Of a stretch of DNA of 60,424 bases, positions 26,651 through 36,224 are shown piece after piece (position 1 is the first letter of the stretch; each line of letters starts with the position of its first letter). The position numbers and the translations under genes are program-made. Source of the stretch: an uncultured Methanosarcinales archaeon (GTDB lineage: Archaea; Nanobdellota; Nanobdellia; Woesearchaeales; DATGWN01); assembly GCA_964557345.1 (NCBI GenBank), contig CAZKZU010000002.1, positions 1 through 60,424 on the forward strand, read 5' to 3'. Below the pieces are notes generated by a model. The model was not told the origin of the DNA, did not search any database, and was given only the letters and a program-made list of their open reading frames with translations.

Positions 26651-29600
26651 ATGGAAGCAAGCGATAAAATAAAAAAATATTTTGAGGATACTATAAGTAA
26701 AGTAGATATAGCTTATAATATTGCAAAAGTCGCTCGAAGCAAAGGTAAAGATCCATCTTTAGATGTCGATATTAAATTAGCGCAAAATTTAGCCGAAAGA
26801 GTAGTGGGCCTTATTTCTGTTGTTGCACCACAAATAGTGAACACTCAAATTGTCCCAAGAATTTTGGAATTTGAGAAAGAATATGGTGCTCTTGATTGGA
26901 GAGTTGCATTAAAAATAGCACTTGAAGTTGCTGAAGAAAAACATTGTAAATTTAAGACTAAAAAAGAAGCAATTGAAGTAGGGATAAGGATGGGTTTTGC
27001 ATATGTTACTGTAGGAGTAGTTTCTTCTCCACTTGAAGGATTTACAGATTTAGAAATTAAAAAAAGAGCGGATGGAAAAGACTATTTTTGTATTAATTTT
27101 GCAGGCCCTATAAGAAACGCTGGTGGAACTAGTGCTTCCGTATGCGTAATAATTGCTGATTATGTGAGAAAAATGTTGGGATATGATGTTTATGATGCAA
27201 CAGAAAAAGAATGTGAACGTTGCTATAGAGAAATAATGGATTACCATGATAGAATTACAAATTTGCAATATGTTCCATCGAAAGAGGAGTCTTTATTTTT
27301 AGTTAAACATCTTCCAGTGGAAATCGCAGGAATTGCTTCTGAGAGAATAGAGGTTTCTAATTTTAAAGATCTTCCTCGTATACCTACAAACTTTATAAGG
27401 TCAGGATTTTGTCTTGTACATAGTTCTTGTCTTCCACTAAAAGCACCAAAACTTTGGAAAAATTTATCGAAATGGGGGAAGGATTTTAATTTAGATCATT
27501 GGAAGTTTATGGAAGAATTTTTAGAAATTCAACACCTTGCAAAAGCAAGATCTAAAAAAGAAGAAGTTAAAAAATCTGAGGATCAAATATCTTTACCTGA
27601 AGATATAATAGAGGTCTTAGGTAAAAAAAGACCGACTGTTGATATGGTTTATACTTATATTTCTGATTTAATTGCAGGTCGACCTGTTTTAGCTCATCCT
27701 TCGAGAAGCGGGGGGTTTAGATTAAGATATGGTCGTTCTAGAACATCAGGGTATTCCGCACAGTCAGTTTCCCCGGCAACACTTTCAGTTTTAGATAATT
27801 TTATTACGACTGCAACACAACTGAAAGTTGAGCGTCCTGGAAAAGCAGCAGCATTTACAGTTTGTGATTCTATTTCAGGCCCAGTAGTATTATTAAATGA
27901 TGGATCAGTAGTAGAAGTTGAAAATGATAAACAAGGAGATGCACTTACAAATAATGTAAAACAAATTTTGTATTTAGGCGATCTTTTAATTAATTATGGT
28001 GATTTTTTTGATCGTGCGCATTTATTGTGTCCTCCAGGATATTGTGAGGAATGGTGGAGTCAGGAGCTAGAAAAAGAAATTAGCACACATTTTACTGAAA
28101 GTATTTCTTTTGAAGAGAAATTAATTAAAATATCTGAAGTAATTAAGATAGATTACAATATTTTGAATTTATTTATTACTTCTCCTTTGCGAAATAAACC
28201 TTCCTCAAATATTGCGATAGCACTGAGTGATTTTTTCCCTAATTTATCATTACACCCAAAATATACTTATTTTTGGACTCAAATAAGTTTCGATGACTTT
28301 GTGGATTTTCTTGATTATTTACAAAATGTAAAAATTGATAATGGTAAGATTGTTCTTAAGTGTGATGTTGAAAATGAATCTGAGAAAAAAATAAAAAGGA
28401 CCTTGGAGATAATAGGAATTCCTCATTTTTACGTTAAAGATTTAGTGGTTATTGAAGAAAACATCTCTAGAGCATTAATTAAAATATTTTCTTTAAATGA
28501 TACAGATAAGGATAGGCATAATTATTCTGATTTGTTACAATATTGTTTTGGCATAAAAGATAAAGAAAGAGAGTTGGTTTTAAGCGGTAGATTAAAGCCA
28601 TTAGATGGACATTCTGTTTTAGTTGCGATAAATAAATTTTCAAAAATTAAACTTCGAGATAAGGCAGGTACTTTTATTGGTGCTAGGATGGGTCGACCTG
28701 AAAAAGCAAAAATGAGAAAGATGCAGCCTCCTCCACATGTATTATTTCCACTCGGTGAAGAAGGTGGACGACTGAGAACATTTCAATCCGCTCTAGAGGG
28801 AGATGGTTTTATTACTGCAGATTTTGAATATTGGTGGGATGAAAAAAATAGTCAAGAGAGCATATTTCCTATAAATTATAAAACTGGTGAGAAATGTGTT
28901 TTGAAATATTGGGATAAAAAAAATAAAATGACTTTGGACGCTTCAACAGTTGCCGCTAAAGATGATGCTGAAAAAAAGTGGCTTAAACCTTGTAAGCAAA
29001 TGAAGTACGATTTTAAAAGTGAATTTAATTGGTGCTTATCTCGAATGAAAACTAAAGTTTATCCTGATTTAATTAAAGGAGTTTTAGGTACTGTTAGTGA
29101 GAATCATTCTCCTGAACATATAATGAAGGGAATACTTCGTGCAAAACACGATGTGTTTGTAAACAAAGATGGAACTATTAGATATGATGCATCAGAAGTT
29201 CCAATTACGCATTTTAAACCTAAAGAAGTTGGAACGTCAGTTGAGCGTTTAAGAGAATTAGGTTATACTCATGATATGTTAGGAAATCCGTTGACTAATG
29301 ATGATCAAGTTTTGGAGATGGTTCCTCAGGATGTTATTTTACCGGCGTCAAAAGAATCTCCTAATGAGGCATGTGATGATGTATTTTTTAGAGTTGCAAA
29401 TTTTATTGATGATGAATTAAATTATTTATATGATATGGAGTCTTATTATAAATTAAAAACACCTGCTGATTTAGCTGGTCATTATGTAATTGTTCTTGCT
29501 CCTCACACATCCGCCGGTTCTCTTGGAAGAATTATTGGATTTTCCAAAACTCAAGGGTTATTTGCCCATCCATTAATGCATGCAGCTATTCGAAGAGACT

Positions 29601-30349
29601 GCGATGGTGATGAAGGTGGTATATTTTTACTGTTGGATGCATTTTTGAATTTTTCAACTAAATATCTTAACACAAAATTAGGTGCTACTATGGATGCACC
29701 ACTAGTATTAACATCTATTTTGAATCCATCTGAAGTTGATGACATGGTATTTAATATGGATAGAGTTTCTAAATACGGACTCGATTTTTATGATGCTGCT
29801 ATGACCGGAAAGAAGCCTTGGGATGTAAAAGTAGAATTAGTAAAAAACGTATTAGGAACTGTTGGACAATATGAGGGATATAAATTTACTCATGAGACTG
29901 ATGACTTTAATTCTGGTGTTAAGTGTTCTGCATATAAGCTTTTACCTTCTATGAAAGAAAAATTGGATGGTCAAATGAAATTAGCTGAAAAGATAAGAGC
30001 CGTAGATGCAAGTGATGTTGCTAAAATTGTAATTGAGAAGCATTTCATTAAAGATACTATGGGTAATTTAAGAAAATTTTCACAGCAAGAATTTAGGTGT
30101 ACTGCTTGTGGAGCTAAATATCGAAGACCCCCTCTATCAGGCAGATGTAATACTTGTGGGAAAGCCAATATTATTTTCACTGTTACTGAAGGTTCTATTA
30201 AAAAGTACGTTGGATATTCTAAGGAATTAGCTGATAAGTATAAATTACCTGACTATTTGAAAGAGGTTTTGGAATTAAACGAAGAATATATTGATAGTAT
30301 TTTCGGAAAGGAAACTGAGAAACAAGAAGGATTATCTAGTTTTTTCTAA
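26651..30349 (+). CDS. polC: DNA polymerase II (PolD) large subunit DP2
   Basis: About 1230 aa with conserved PolD blocks (RPGKAAAF, GARMGRPEKA, DCDGDE) and a C-terminal Zn motif CTACGAKYRRPPLSGRCNTCG. The track ORF opens at a TTG at 26636. The ATG at 26651, preceded by aagga, is preferred. Confidence 0.93.
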   Translation: MEASDKIKKYFEDTISKVDIAYNIAKVARSKGKDPSLDVDIKLAQNLAERVVGLISVVAPQIVNTQIVPRILEFEKEYGALDWRVALKIALEVAEEKHCKFKTKKEAIEVGIRMGFAYVTVGVVSSPLEGFTDLEIKKRADGKDYFCINFAGPIRNAGGTSASVCVIIADYVRKMLGYDVYDATEKECERCYREIMDYHDRITNLQYVPSKEESLFLVKHLPVEIAGIASERIEVSNFKDLPRIPTNFIRSGFCLVHSSCLPLKAPKLWKNLSKWGKDFNLDHWKFMEEFLEIQHLAKARSKKEEVKKSEDQISLPEDIIEVLGKKRPTVDMVYTYISDLIAGRPVLAHPSRSGGFRLRYGRSRTSGYSAQSVSPATLSVLDNFITTATQLKVERPGKAAAFTVCDSISGPVVLLNDGSVVEVENDKQGDALTNNVKQILYLGDLLINYGDFFDRAHLLCPPGYCEEWWSQELEKEISTHFTESISFEEKLIKISEVIKIDYNILNLFITSPLRNKPSSNIAIALSDFFPNLSLHPKYTYFWTQISFDDFVDFLDYLQNVKIDNGKIVLKCDVENESEKKIKRTLEIIGIPHFYVKDLVVIEENISRALIKIFSLNDTDKDRHNYSDLLQYCFGIKDKERELVLSGRLKPLDGHSVLVAINKFSKIKLRDKAGTFIGARMGRPEKAKMRKMQPPPHVLFPLGEEGGRLRTFQSALEGDGFITADFEYWWDEKNSQESIFPINYKTGEKCVLKYWDKKNKMTLDASTVAAKDDAEKKWLKPCKQMKYDFKSEFNWCLSRMKTKVYPDLIKGVLGTVSENHSPEHIMKGILRAKHDVFVNKDGTIRYDASEVPITHFKPKEVGTSVERLRELGYTHDMLGNPLTNDDQVLEMVPQDVILPASKESPNEACDDVFFRVANFIDDELNYLYDMESYYKLKTPADLAGHYVIVLAPHTSAGSLGRIIGFSKTQGLFAHPLMHAAIRRDCDGDEGGIFLLLDAFLNFSTKYLNTKLGATMDAPLVLTSILNPSEVDDMVFNMDRVSKYGLDFYDAAMTGKKPWDVKVELVKNVLGTVGQYEGYKFTHETDDFNSGVKCSAYKLLPSMKEKLDGQMKLAEKIRAVDASDVAKIVIEKHFIKDTMGNLRKFSQQEFRCTACGAKYRRPPLSGRCNTCGKANIIFTVTEGSIKKYVGYSKELADKYKLPDYLKEVLELNEEYIDSIFGKETEKQEGLSSFF

Positions 30350-30444
30350 TTATTATTATAATACTATCCTCATTTTATTGTAATGTCCTTATTATATTAT
30401 TATTATGTAGTAATTTGTAAAAAATAAAATAAAGTTAGATTATA

Positions 30445-30780
30445 TCAGAGCAAATCATCTGAGTTTTTTTCTTTTCGTTCTCTAATAATTCCTCTTGCTA
30501 TAAATAGAGTTATTACTATAATTAAAGCGGAGTAAATCGTCGTAGATATTAGTAAGTCTATGTCTTGTTTTTCAAAACCTAAAATTATGCTACTGGTGAT
30601 TGAATTAAATTCTGTTTTTTCAAGGGTATTTTGTGTAATAATTACTGCGTTATCAGTATTGCCAGGAGCTGCAACTGTAACTAAAGTTTTATGAGGAATG
30701 ATAGGGGATGAAAAAAGTACTGCAAGGACAAGTACAATGAAAAATGTTCTTAAAACGGTTACTCCTTTACTTTGGGCCAT
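30445..30780 (-). CDS. Small hypothetical membrane protein
   Basis: 111 aa with an N-terminal signal/TM (FFIVLVLAVLFSSPI) and a C-terminal TM (IYSALIIVITLFIA) followed by a basic tail. No recognisable family. Confidence 0.4.
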   Translation of the reverse strand: MAQSKGVTVLRTFFIVLVLAVLFSSPIIPHKTLVTVAAPGNTDNAVIITQNTLEKTEFNSITSSIILGFEKQDIDLLISTTIYSALIIVITLFIARGIIRERKEKNSDDLL

Positions 30781-30843
30781 ACTTATTTATTATCATTTTT
30801 CTTTTTATATTTTATGTTTTTAAGTATATGTTTCAGTGTAACA

Positions 30844-30851
30844 TTTATAAA
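30844..30851 (+). promoter_or_regulatory. TATA box (TTTATAAA) 21 nt upstream of the aIF2-beta ATG
   Basis: The spacing supports the internal start at 30873 and a leaderless transcript. Confidence 0.5.
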
Positions 30852-30872
30852 CGGCTGTCAATTATCAGGATT

Positions 30873-31283
30873 ATGGAATATTTAGATATGCTTAAGCGTG
30901 CAAGAGAAAATTTACCTGAAAGTTCTAAAAATAGAGAGCGATTTGAAATCCCGAAAGTACGGGGACATTTAGAAGGTAATAAAACTATCATATCTAATTT
31001 TTCTCAAATCTGTGAAGCTCTTTTAAGAGAGCAAAGAACTGTTTGGAAATTTGTTTTAAGAGAATTAGCAACACCGGGTTTAATGGAACCAAATAGAGTT
31101 ATTTTTGGAAGAAAATTACCTTCTTCGTTAATTAATGATAAAATTAAAAAGTTCGCAGATAATTTTGTAATTTGCCCCGAATGTGGTAAGCCTGAGACTT
31201 CCATTGAAAAAGAAGGAACTGCTAGATTTCTAAGATGCCAAGCTTGTGGTGCAAAAAACCCAGTTAAAGGCTGGTTGGAATAA
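30873..31283 (+). CDS. eif2b: Translation initiation factor aIF2 subunit beta
   Basis: MEYLDMLKRARENLPE...RFEIPKV...GNKTII.NF and a C-terminal zinc ribbon CPECGKPETSIEKEGTARFLRCQACGA. The track ORF (30744) adds a hydrophobic 43-aa extension that overlaps the neighbouring gene and precedes the TATA box. Confidence 0.85.
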   Translation: MEYLDMLKRARENLPESSKNRERFEIPKVRGHLEGNKTIISNFSQICEALLREQRTVWKFVLRELATPGLMEPNRVIFGRKLPSSLINDKIKKFADNFVICPECGKPETSIEKEGTARFLRCQACGAKNPVKGWLE

Positions 31284-31375
31284 GTAATTTCTATAATTTG
31301 AAATATAGGTTTAGTTTTTGATTTAGGGACCTTTAACTTTAAAGAAATAATTTTCTATATAATTTGAATTTTTAA

Positions 31376-32098
31376 TTAAATACTATTGCCATTATTTAGT
31401 GATTTTACCTTTTTTCCATCTTTTAAGTATTCTACTCGATCTGCCATTTGTGCTAATTTGTCGTCGTGAGTTACCATAACGATAGTTTTTCCTTGTTCAC
31501 GATGAAGTTTTTTTAAGAAATCCATAACATTAGCACCCATTGTAGAATCTAAGTTTCCAGTTGGTTCATCTGCTAATATTAATGGCGGATCTAGTGCTAG
31601 AGCTCTTGCAATCGCAACTCTTTGTTGTTGTCCGCCAGAAAGTTCTCCTGGTCTGTGATCAGCTCTATCCCCTAAATCTACAAGTTTTAATAACTCTTTT
31701 GCTTTTTTAGTTCTTTCAGCTTCAGGAATATTTTGAAACGCCATAGGTAATTTAATATTATCTAAAGCTGTTAGAGTTGGTATCAGATTAAATTTTTGGA
31801 AAATGAATCCTATTTTTCTCCCACGTATTTGGGCTAAATCGCTTTCGTGTAGTGTTGAGATATCTTTTCCGTCTAAGAAAATTTTTCCTTTTGTGGGTAT
31901 ATCTAAACATCCAATTAAATTCATAGCAGTACTTTTTCCGCTTCCAGAAGGTCCTTGTATTGCGACAAATTCTCCAGGATATATGTCTAAGCTTAATCCT
32001 CTTAAGGCATGCACTTGCACTTTTCCCAAGTCATAAGTTTTCCATGCATCTTGAATTTTAATTATAGGTTCTAGTTGCTTTTTTTCTATTTTTGTCAT
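31376..32098 (-). CDS. ABC transporter ATP-binding protein (MacB/LolD/FtsE-like subfamily)
   Basis: Walker A GPSGSGKST, signature LSGGQQQRVAIARAL, Walker B ILADEPTGNLD, H-loop VTHD. Confidence 0.9.
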   Translation of the reverse strand: MTKIEKKQLEPIIKIQDAWKTYDLGKVQVHALRGLSLDIYPGEFVAIQGPSGSGKSTAMNLIGCLDIPTKGKIFLDGKDISTLHESDLAQIRGRKIGFIFQKFNLIPTLTALDNIKLPMAFQNIPEAERTKKAKELLKLVDLGDRADHRPGELSGGQQQRVAIARALALDPPLILADEPTGNLDSTMGANVMDFLKKLHREQGKTIVMVTHDDKLAQMADRVEYLKDGKKVKSLNNGNSI

Positions 32099-32208
32099 TT
32101 TTCTAAATTCCTATGTTTTTTAGTAAATCTTAATTGATTATATATTTTTGTTAATATGTTTATAACTTTTATGAAATGTAATTGTGCGATTTAGCGTTAA
32201 ACAGGTTT

Positions 32209-33450
32209 TCATTCTTTGATTTCTTTGTCGGGACAAATTTCACTTATTGTCATATTATCTATGAAATATTTTTTTGCAACTCGAACAATATCTTGTTTTG
32301 TAACTTTTTTTATTTTTTCTAAGTATTCATCACTATATTCTTTTCCTTGTATGAGTTGCCAGAATGCAATTCTTTCAGCTAGATGTCTAGTGTCTTCGCT
32401 TTCTAATAATAATTTTCCTTCGATATATTGTTTAGCATTGATAATTTCTTTTTCTGAAAAAGCTCCGTTTTTCATTTTTTCAAATTCATCTTTTACAATT
32501 CGTAGAGCCAATTCTTTTTTAGAGGGTTTTATTCCCATATTTACTGCAAAAAAACTGAATTTCAAGAAATTTTCATACATTATTGAGATGTCGTATGCCA
32601 ATCCGCTTTTATTTCTAACTTCATCGACAATTATGCCAGATTGAGGTTTACCTAGTATTGCTTCTATAATTTCTAAAACAGCAGAATCTTCGTGAGTAAT
32701 GCTTTCTGTAATGAATCCAATCGTAAGATATGTTTGCTGTATTTTTTTTGTTTCTTTACTATATCTTTTTTTATTTTTAGGTAAATTAGGACTTATATTT
32801 GTGAATTTTCCTTTCCATGCTGAGAACTTTTTTTCAACTTCTGAAATAATTTCATCATTAAAATTACCTGCGATTGAAATTATCGCGTTGTTTGGGACAT
32901 AATGTTTTTTATAATAATTAAGAAGTGTTTTTTTAGTCACGTTTTGTAAATCACTAATGTTGCCGTATACAGGCTTACTGTATATTGTATTTTCAAACAT
33001 GTTTTTCTCAAAAAAAATCCATTGATAATATCTTGGATTGTCCATCAACATCTTCATTTCTTCAAGGACTATTTTCTTTTCTTTTTCGAATTTATCAAAA
33101 GTAGAATTCATTACAATGTCAGCTAAAATATCTAGCGCGATTTTGTAGTGTTTATTTAGTATTTTTATGTAGAAAGAAGTTGTTTCATTAGATGTTGCAG
33201 CATTAAATTCACCACCTAAATTTTCTATTTCACTAGTTATTATTTTTGCATTTTTACGTTTTTTCGTTCCTTCGAATAATAAATGTTCTATTAGGTGTGA
33301 AATGCCCTTTTCGCCATCTTTTTCGTTTATTGATCCTACTTTAAAGGTAATTAACAGTGTTATACTAGCGCCTTCCTTTTTCTTTGTAACTATTGTAAGG
33401 TCATTTTTTAGTTTGATTGCATTCGTCTTTTCTTCTTTTTTATTTGGCAT
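32209..33450 (-). CDS. M16-family (pitrilysin-like) zinc peptidase
   Basis: Inverted zinc motif HxxEH in GISHLIEHLLFEGT. 413 aa with the two-lobe M16 layout. Confidence 0.85.
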   Translation of the reverse strand: MPNKKEEKTNAIKLKNDLTIVTKKKEGASITLLITFKVGSINEKDGEKGISHLIEHLLFEGTKKRKNAKIITSEIENLGGEFNAATSNETTSFYIKILNKHYKIALDILADIVMNSTFDKFEKEKKIVLEEMKMLMDNPRYYQWIFFEKNMFENTIYSKPVYGNISDLQNVTKKTLLNYYKKHYVPNNAIISIAGNFNDEIISEVEKKFSAWKGKFTNISPNLPKNKKRYSKETKKIQQTYLTIGFITESITHEDSAVLEIIEAILGKPQSGIIVDEVRNKSGLAYDISIMYENFLKFSFFAVNMGIKPSKKELALRIVKDEFEKMKNGAFSEKEIINAKQYIEGKLLLESEDTRHLAERIAFWQLIQGKEYSDEYLEKIKKVTKQDIVRVAKKYFIDNMTISEICPDKEIKE

Positions 33451-33559
33451 ATCATAAAGTATATAAAAACAGTTTATATTCTTTCTGCTATTTAGATGTG
33501 TTTATTGTTGTTTTTGGCTTTAATTGCTGAAACCTAAATATATTGCTTAAGAGGGCGTA

Positions 33560-34591
33560 ATGGATGATTATGTAGTTAAAATGAATAATTTTTGTAAAGT
33601 TTCAGAATTCTCTTTATTTTTTAAGTCTGACAAAGTGGCTGAAAAATCAATTGAGTATTTCACAGGAGTATCAAGCGATTACGCAATTTTAATTTTATCA
33701 AAACGTAAAAAAATACTTTATGTGTCTTCTTTAGAAAAAAAACCAGTATTAAAAGGAGTTGTGGTTAAGTCTCTTGATTTTAAAGAGCTATTTTTAGATA
33801 TAAAGAAAATAAATCCTAAAAAAATAGGATTGAGTTATTCTGAATTATCTGCAAAAGCTTTGATTTTTTTTAAGAAAGAGTTTAAGAAAATTTTGAAGAA
33901 AATTAAGGTTGTTGACATCGGTGATGAAGTTTTGAAGTTACGAAGCGTTAAATCACTGGATGAAATTAAAACCATAAAAACTGCGGTGAGAATAACTGAA
34001 AATATTTTGTCTAAATGTATTTCTTCTTTTACCAAATTCAAAAAAGAAAAGGATGTTGTTGATTTTTTATATGCTGAATGTATGCGAGAAAACGTTGATG
34101 TATCATTTAAGCCAATTGTTGCAAGCGGGGCACATTCTAGTAATCCTCATTATTTTCCAAATTCAACTGATAAGCTTAAGAAGGGCTTTTGTATTATTGA
34201 TTTTGGCGTTAAATATAATAGATATTGTTCTGATTTGACGAGAACTATTTATTTAGGAAAGGCTAGCGTAAAAGAAAAGCACGATTATAATTTAATTTTA
34301 AGTGAATTAAATATTGTTGAAAATTGTATTAAATGCGGAACTGATAAAATAAAAACGAGTTTTGAAATGGTTCATTCTTTAGGTCACGGCATTGGTTTGG
34401 ATGTTCATGAAAAGCCATTTTTTAATAAAGATAAATTTCAATCTAATATGGTAATTGCCGTTGAGCCAGCTAGGTATTTTAAGAAGTATGGGATACGGAT
34501 AGAAGATGATTATTTGGTTACTGAAAAAGGACTGGTTAAATTGTCTTCATTATCTAGAGAATTGATTGAAATTAAGTTGAATACCAAGTAA
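33560..34591 (+). CDS. M24-family Xaa-Pro aminopeptidase/dipeptidase
   Basis: Pita-bread metal ligand blocks IIDFGV...YCSDLTRT, HSLGHGIGLDVHE, VEPA, IRIEDD. Confidence 0.85.
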   Translation: MDDYVVKMNNFCKVSEFSLFFKSDKVAEKSIEYFTGVSSDYAILILSKRKKILYVSSLEKKPVLKGVVVKSLDFKELFLDIKKINPKKIGLSYSELSAKALIFFKKEFKKILKKIKVVDIGDEVLKLRSVKSLDEIKTIKTAVRITENILSKCISSFTKFKKEKDVVDFLYAECMRENVDVSFKPIVASGAHSSNPHYFPNSTDKLKKGFCIIDFGVKYNRYCSDLTRTIYLGKASVKEKHDYNLILSELNIVENCIKCGTDKIKTSFEMVHSLGHGIGLDVHEKPFFNKDKFQSNMVIAVEPARYFKKYGIRIEDDYLVTEKGLVKLSSLSRELIEIKLNTK

Positions 34592-34705
34592 AGGTGAGAA
34601 ATTTAATATTTCAATGACTTTTTTTATTTTTTTCTTATGCCTAATATAATACATTTTTAAGAAGTACTTTTAAGTGTAACTAAATAGTGGTAAAAATAAG
34701 AAATA

Positions 34706-34713
34706 TTTATAAA
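34706..34713 (+). promoter_or_regulatory. TATA box (TTTATAAA) 23 nt upstream of the HD-GYP gene ATG
   Basis: Same octamer and spacing class as the other leaderless genes in this window. Confidence 0.5.
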
Positions 34714-34736
34714 TACTGGAATATTGCCTTTAACGT

Positions 34737-36224
34737 ATGACTACTTTAGAAGATATGCTTGAAAGTGAGTTTGTTGCTTTAGGTATTGAATCTACGAATA
34801 AGGAACGTCTTATCGGCTTAGTTAATCCATTGAAAATACACCATAAGCCAACTTATGATCATTCTATTCGTGTTGGTCTTCTTTGTTCTAAAATTGCTCG
34901 ACATATGCATATTGATCCAAACGCACTATTTTATCCTGGATTAACACATGATGTAGGAAAATTAAAGATTTCAGCAAATATTTTGAATAAAACTGATGGA
35001 TTAAGTGCAGAAGACTGGGCGGAAATAAAAAAGCACCCTTATTATACACATCAAATATTAAGAGGTTGCTTTGATTTTTCTAGCGAAGTAGGTGGAAGAC
35101 ATCATCAACATCAAGAAGGAGGATATCCAGACCATTTACCTGAAAGCACAATACCTTTTTCAAAAAGAACTTTGTTAATGAGAGATTTTTTTTCAAGAAT
35201 AATTTCTCTTGTTGATTTTTATGATTCAATAACTACTCGAGTTAATAATAAATTTGGTGAAAAAAGAAAATTAAATGAGGATGAAGCTAAAGCAATATTT
35301 TTAATGAAAAATTTAGATCAAAAATATTTGATTGAAGATCTCTATACCAATGGTATTTTTGGAGAAAAAGAAGTTTTAAGTGAAGCAGATGCTAATTCTA
35401 TCAAAGATTCTCACGATATAATTTACAATTCTATTTGGACAGGATGGAATGGTCAAAGAAATCCTCGAGAAACAAGACGATTTATTTCTCTTGCGTGTGC
35501 TTTAGAACCATTATCAGATAAAGTTGGATGTACTACTCGAGAAACTGATTTAAATCGATATCAAAAACTGGAATATTTTATTGCAGGCGCAATAAATATC
35601 GGGGATGCATTTGAGGATCTTGCAAAAAGAATTTCTGAGTCAAGAATACAACCTGAACTAATTTATGATTTAGCATATCGTGCACAAGCTGATTGTAAAA
35701 AAAATCGCTCTGGAGGACGAGTGAATCAAGGAATAATTGAAATGTTGATTCCAATTGTTACTGCACAAATGCTTTATGATCCTAATTATCAATCAACTCC
35801 TGATGAAATTTTAAAAAAAGCAGTTGATGTAATGAAAAATACTACTCCGAGTGATGTTAGAGAATTAATTAAAATGAAACGTTTGGCCTATGATTTAAGC
35901 GGGTATCATGATAGAATAGTTCCAGATTATCCCGAAGCAAAAAACGTGTTCGAATATTATAGCTTAGATTTACAACATTCAAAAAAACTTACAAGTGTAA
36001 AACATAATGAGGAATTCGTATTAGGTTTTCCATCGATTAAAAAAATTCAAGATATGATTATGCTAAGCAAATTACGTGATTTTAATGGAAAAGTAGAAGA
36101 AGCATATAATAATGTTAGACGAGAGGATCATTTTAGGGTTTCTGCAGGACTGACTGCAGATTGTACTGCTTGTGGTATTTATTTAGTTCTTTCTCATCAT
36201 CCAAAAGACAAGGTTGTGAGATAG
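34737..36224 (+). CDS. HD-GYP domain protein fused to a CitG-like (triphosphoribosyl-dephospho-CoA synthase family) C-terminal domain
   Basis: N-terminal half: HSIRVG, LTHDVGKLKI, IKKHPYYTH and RHHQHQEGGYPDHL, which matches the HHExxDGSGYP class. C-terminal half: EPLSDKVGCTTRETD, GGRVNQGIIEMLIPIVTAQ and SAGLTADCTACGIYLVLS. I read these as colinear with E. coli CitG blocks (PKPGLVD...HKDM, GVNTHKGSIFSLGLL, SPGGSADLL..WFL). The C-terminal call is from memory and is less certain. Confidence 0.65.
   Translation: MTTLEDMLESEFVALGIESTNKERLIGLVNPLKIHHKPTYDHSIRVGLLCSKIARHMHIDPNALFYPGLTHDVGKLKISANILNKTDGLSAEDWAEIKKHPYYTHQILRGCFDFSSEVGGRHHQHQEGGYPDHLPESTIPFSKRTLLMRDFFSRIISLVDFYDSITTRVNNKFGEKRKLNEDEAKAIFLMKNLDQKYLIEDLYTNGIFGEKEVLSEADANSIKDSHDIIYNSIWTGWNGQRNPRETRRFISLACALEPLSDKVGCTTRETDLNRYQKLEYFIAGAINIGDAFEDLAKRISESRIQPELIYDLAYRAQADCKKNRSGGRVNQGIIEMLIPIVTAQMLYDPNYQSTPDEILKKAVDVMKNTTPSDVRELIKMKRLAYDLSGYHDRIVPDYPEAKNVFEYYSLDLQHSKKLTSVKHNEEFVLGFPSIKKIQDMIMLSKLRDFNGKVEEAYNNVRREDHFRVSAGLTADCTACGIYLVLSHHPKDKVVR

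Noticed and set aside
30744-30872. N-terminal 43-aa extension of the aIF2-beta ORF
   Set aside because: The hydrophobic extension is not found in aIF2-beta, overlaps the convergent or divergent neighbour, and lies upstream of the TATA box at 30844-30851. The start is set at 30873.
32216-32644. 142-aa plus-strand ORF overlapping the M16 peptidase gene
   Set aside because: Antisense shadow ORF within a gene that carries a clear HxxEH motif. Hydrophobic low-complexity translation and no promoter or RBS.
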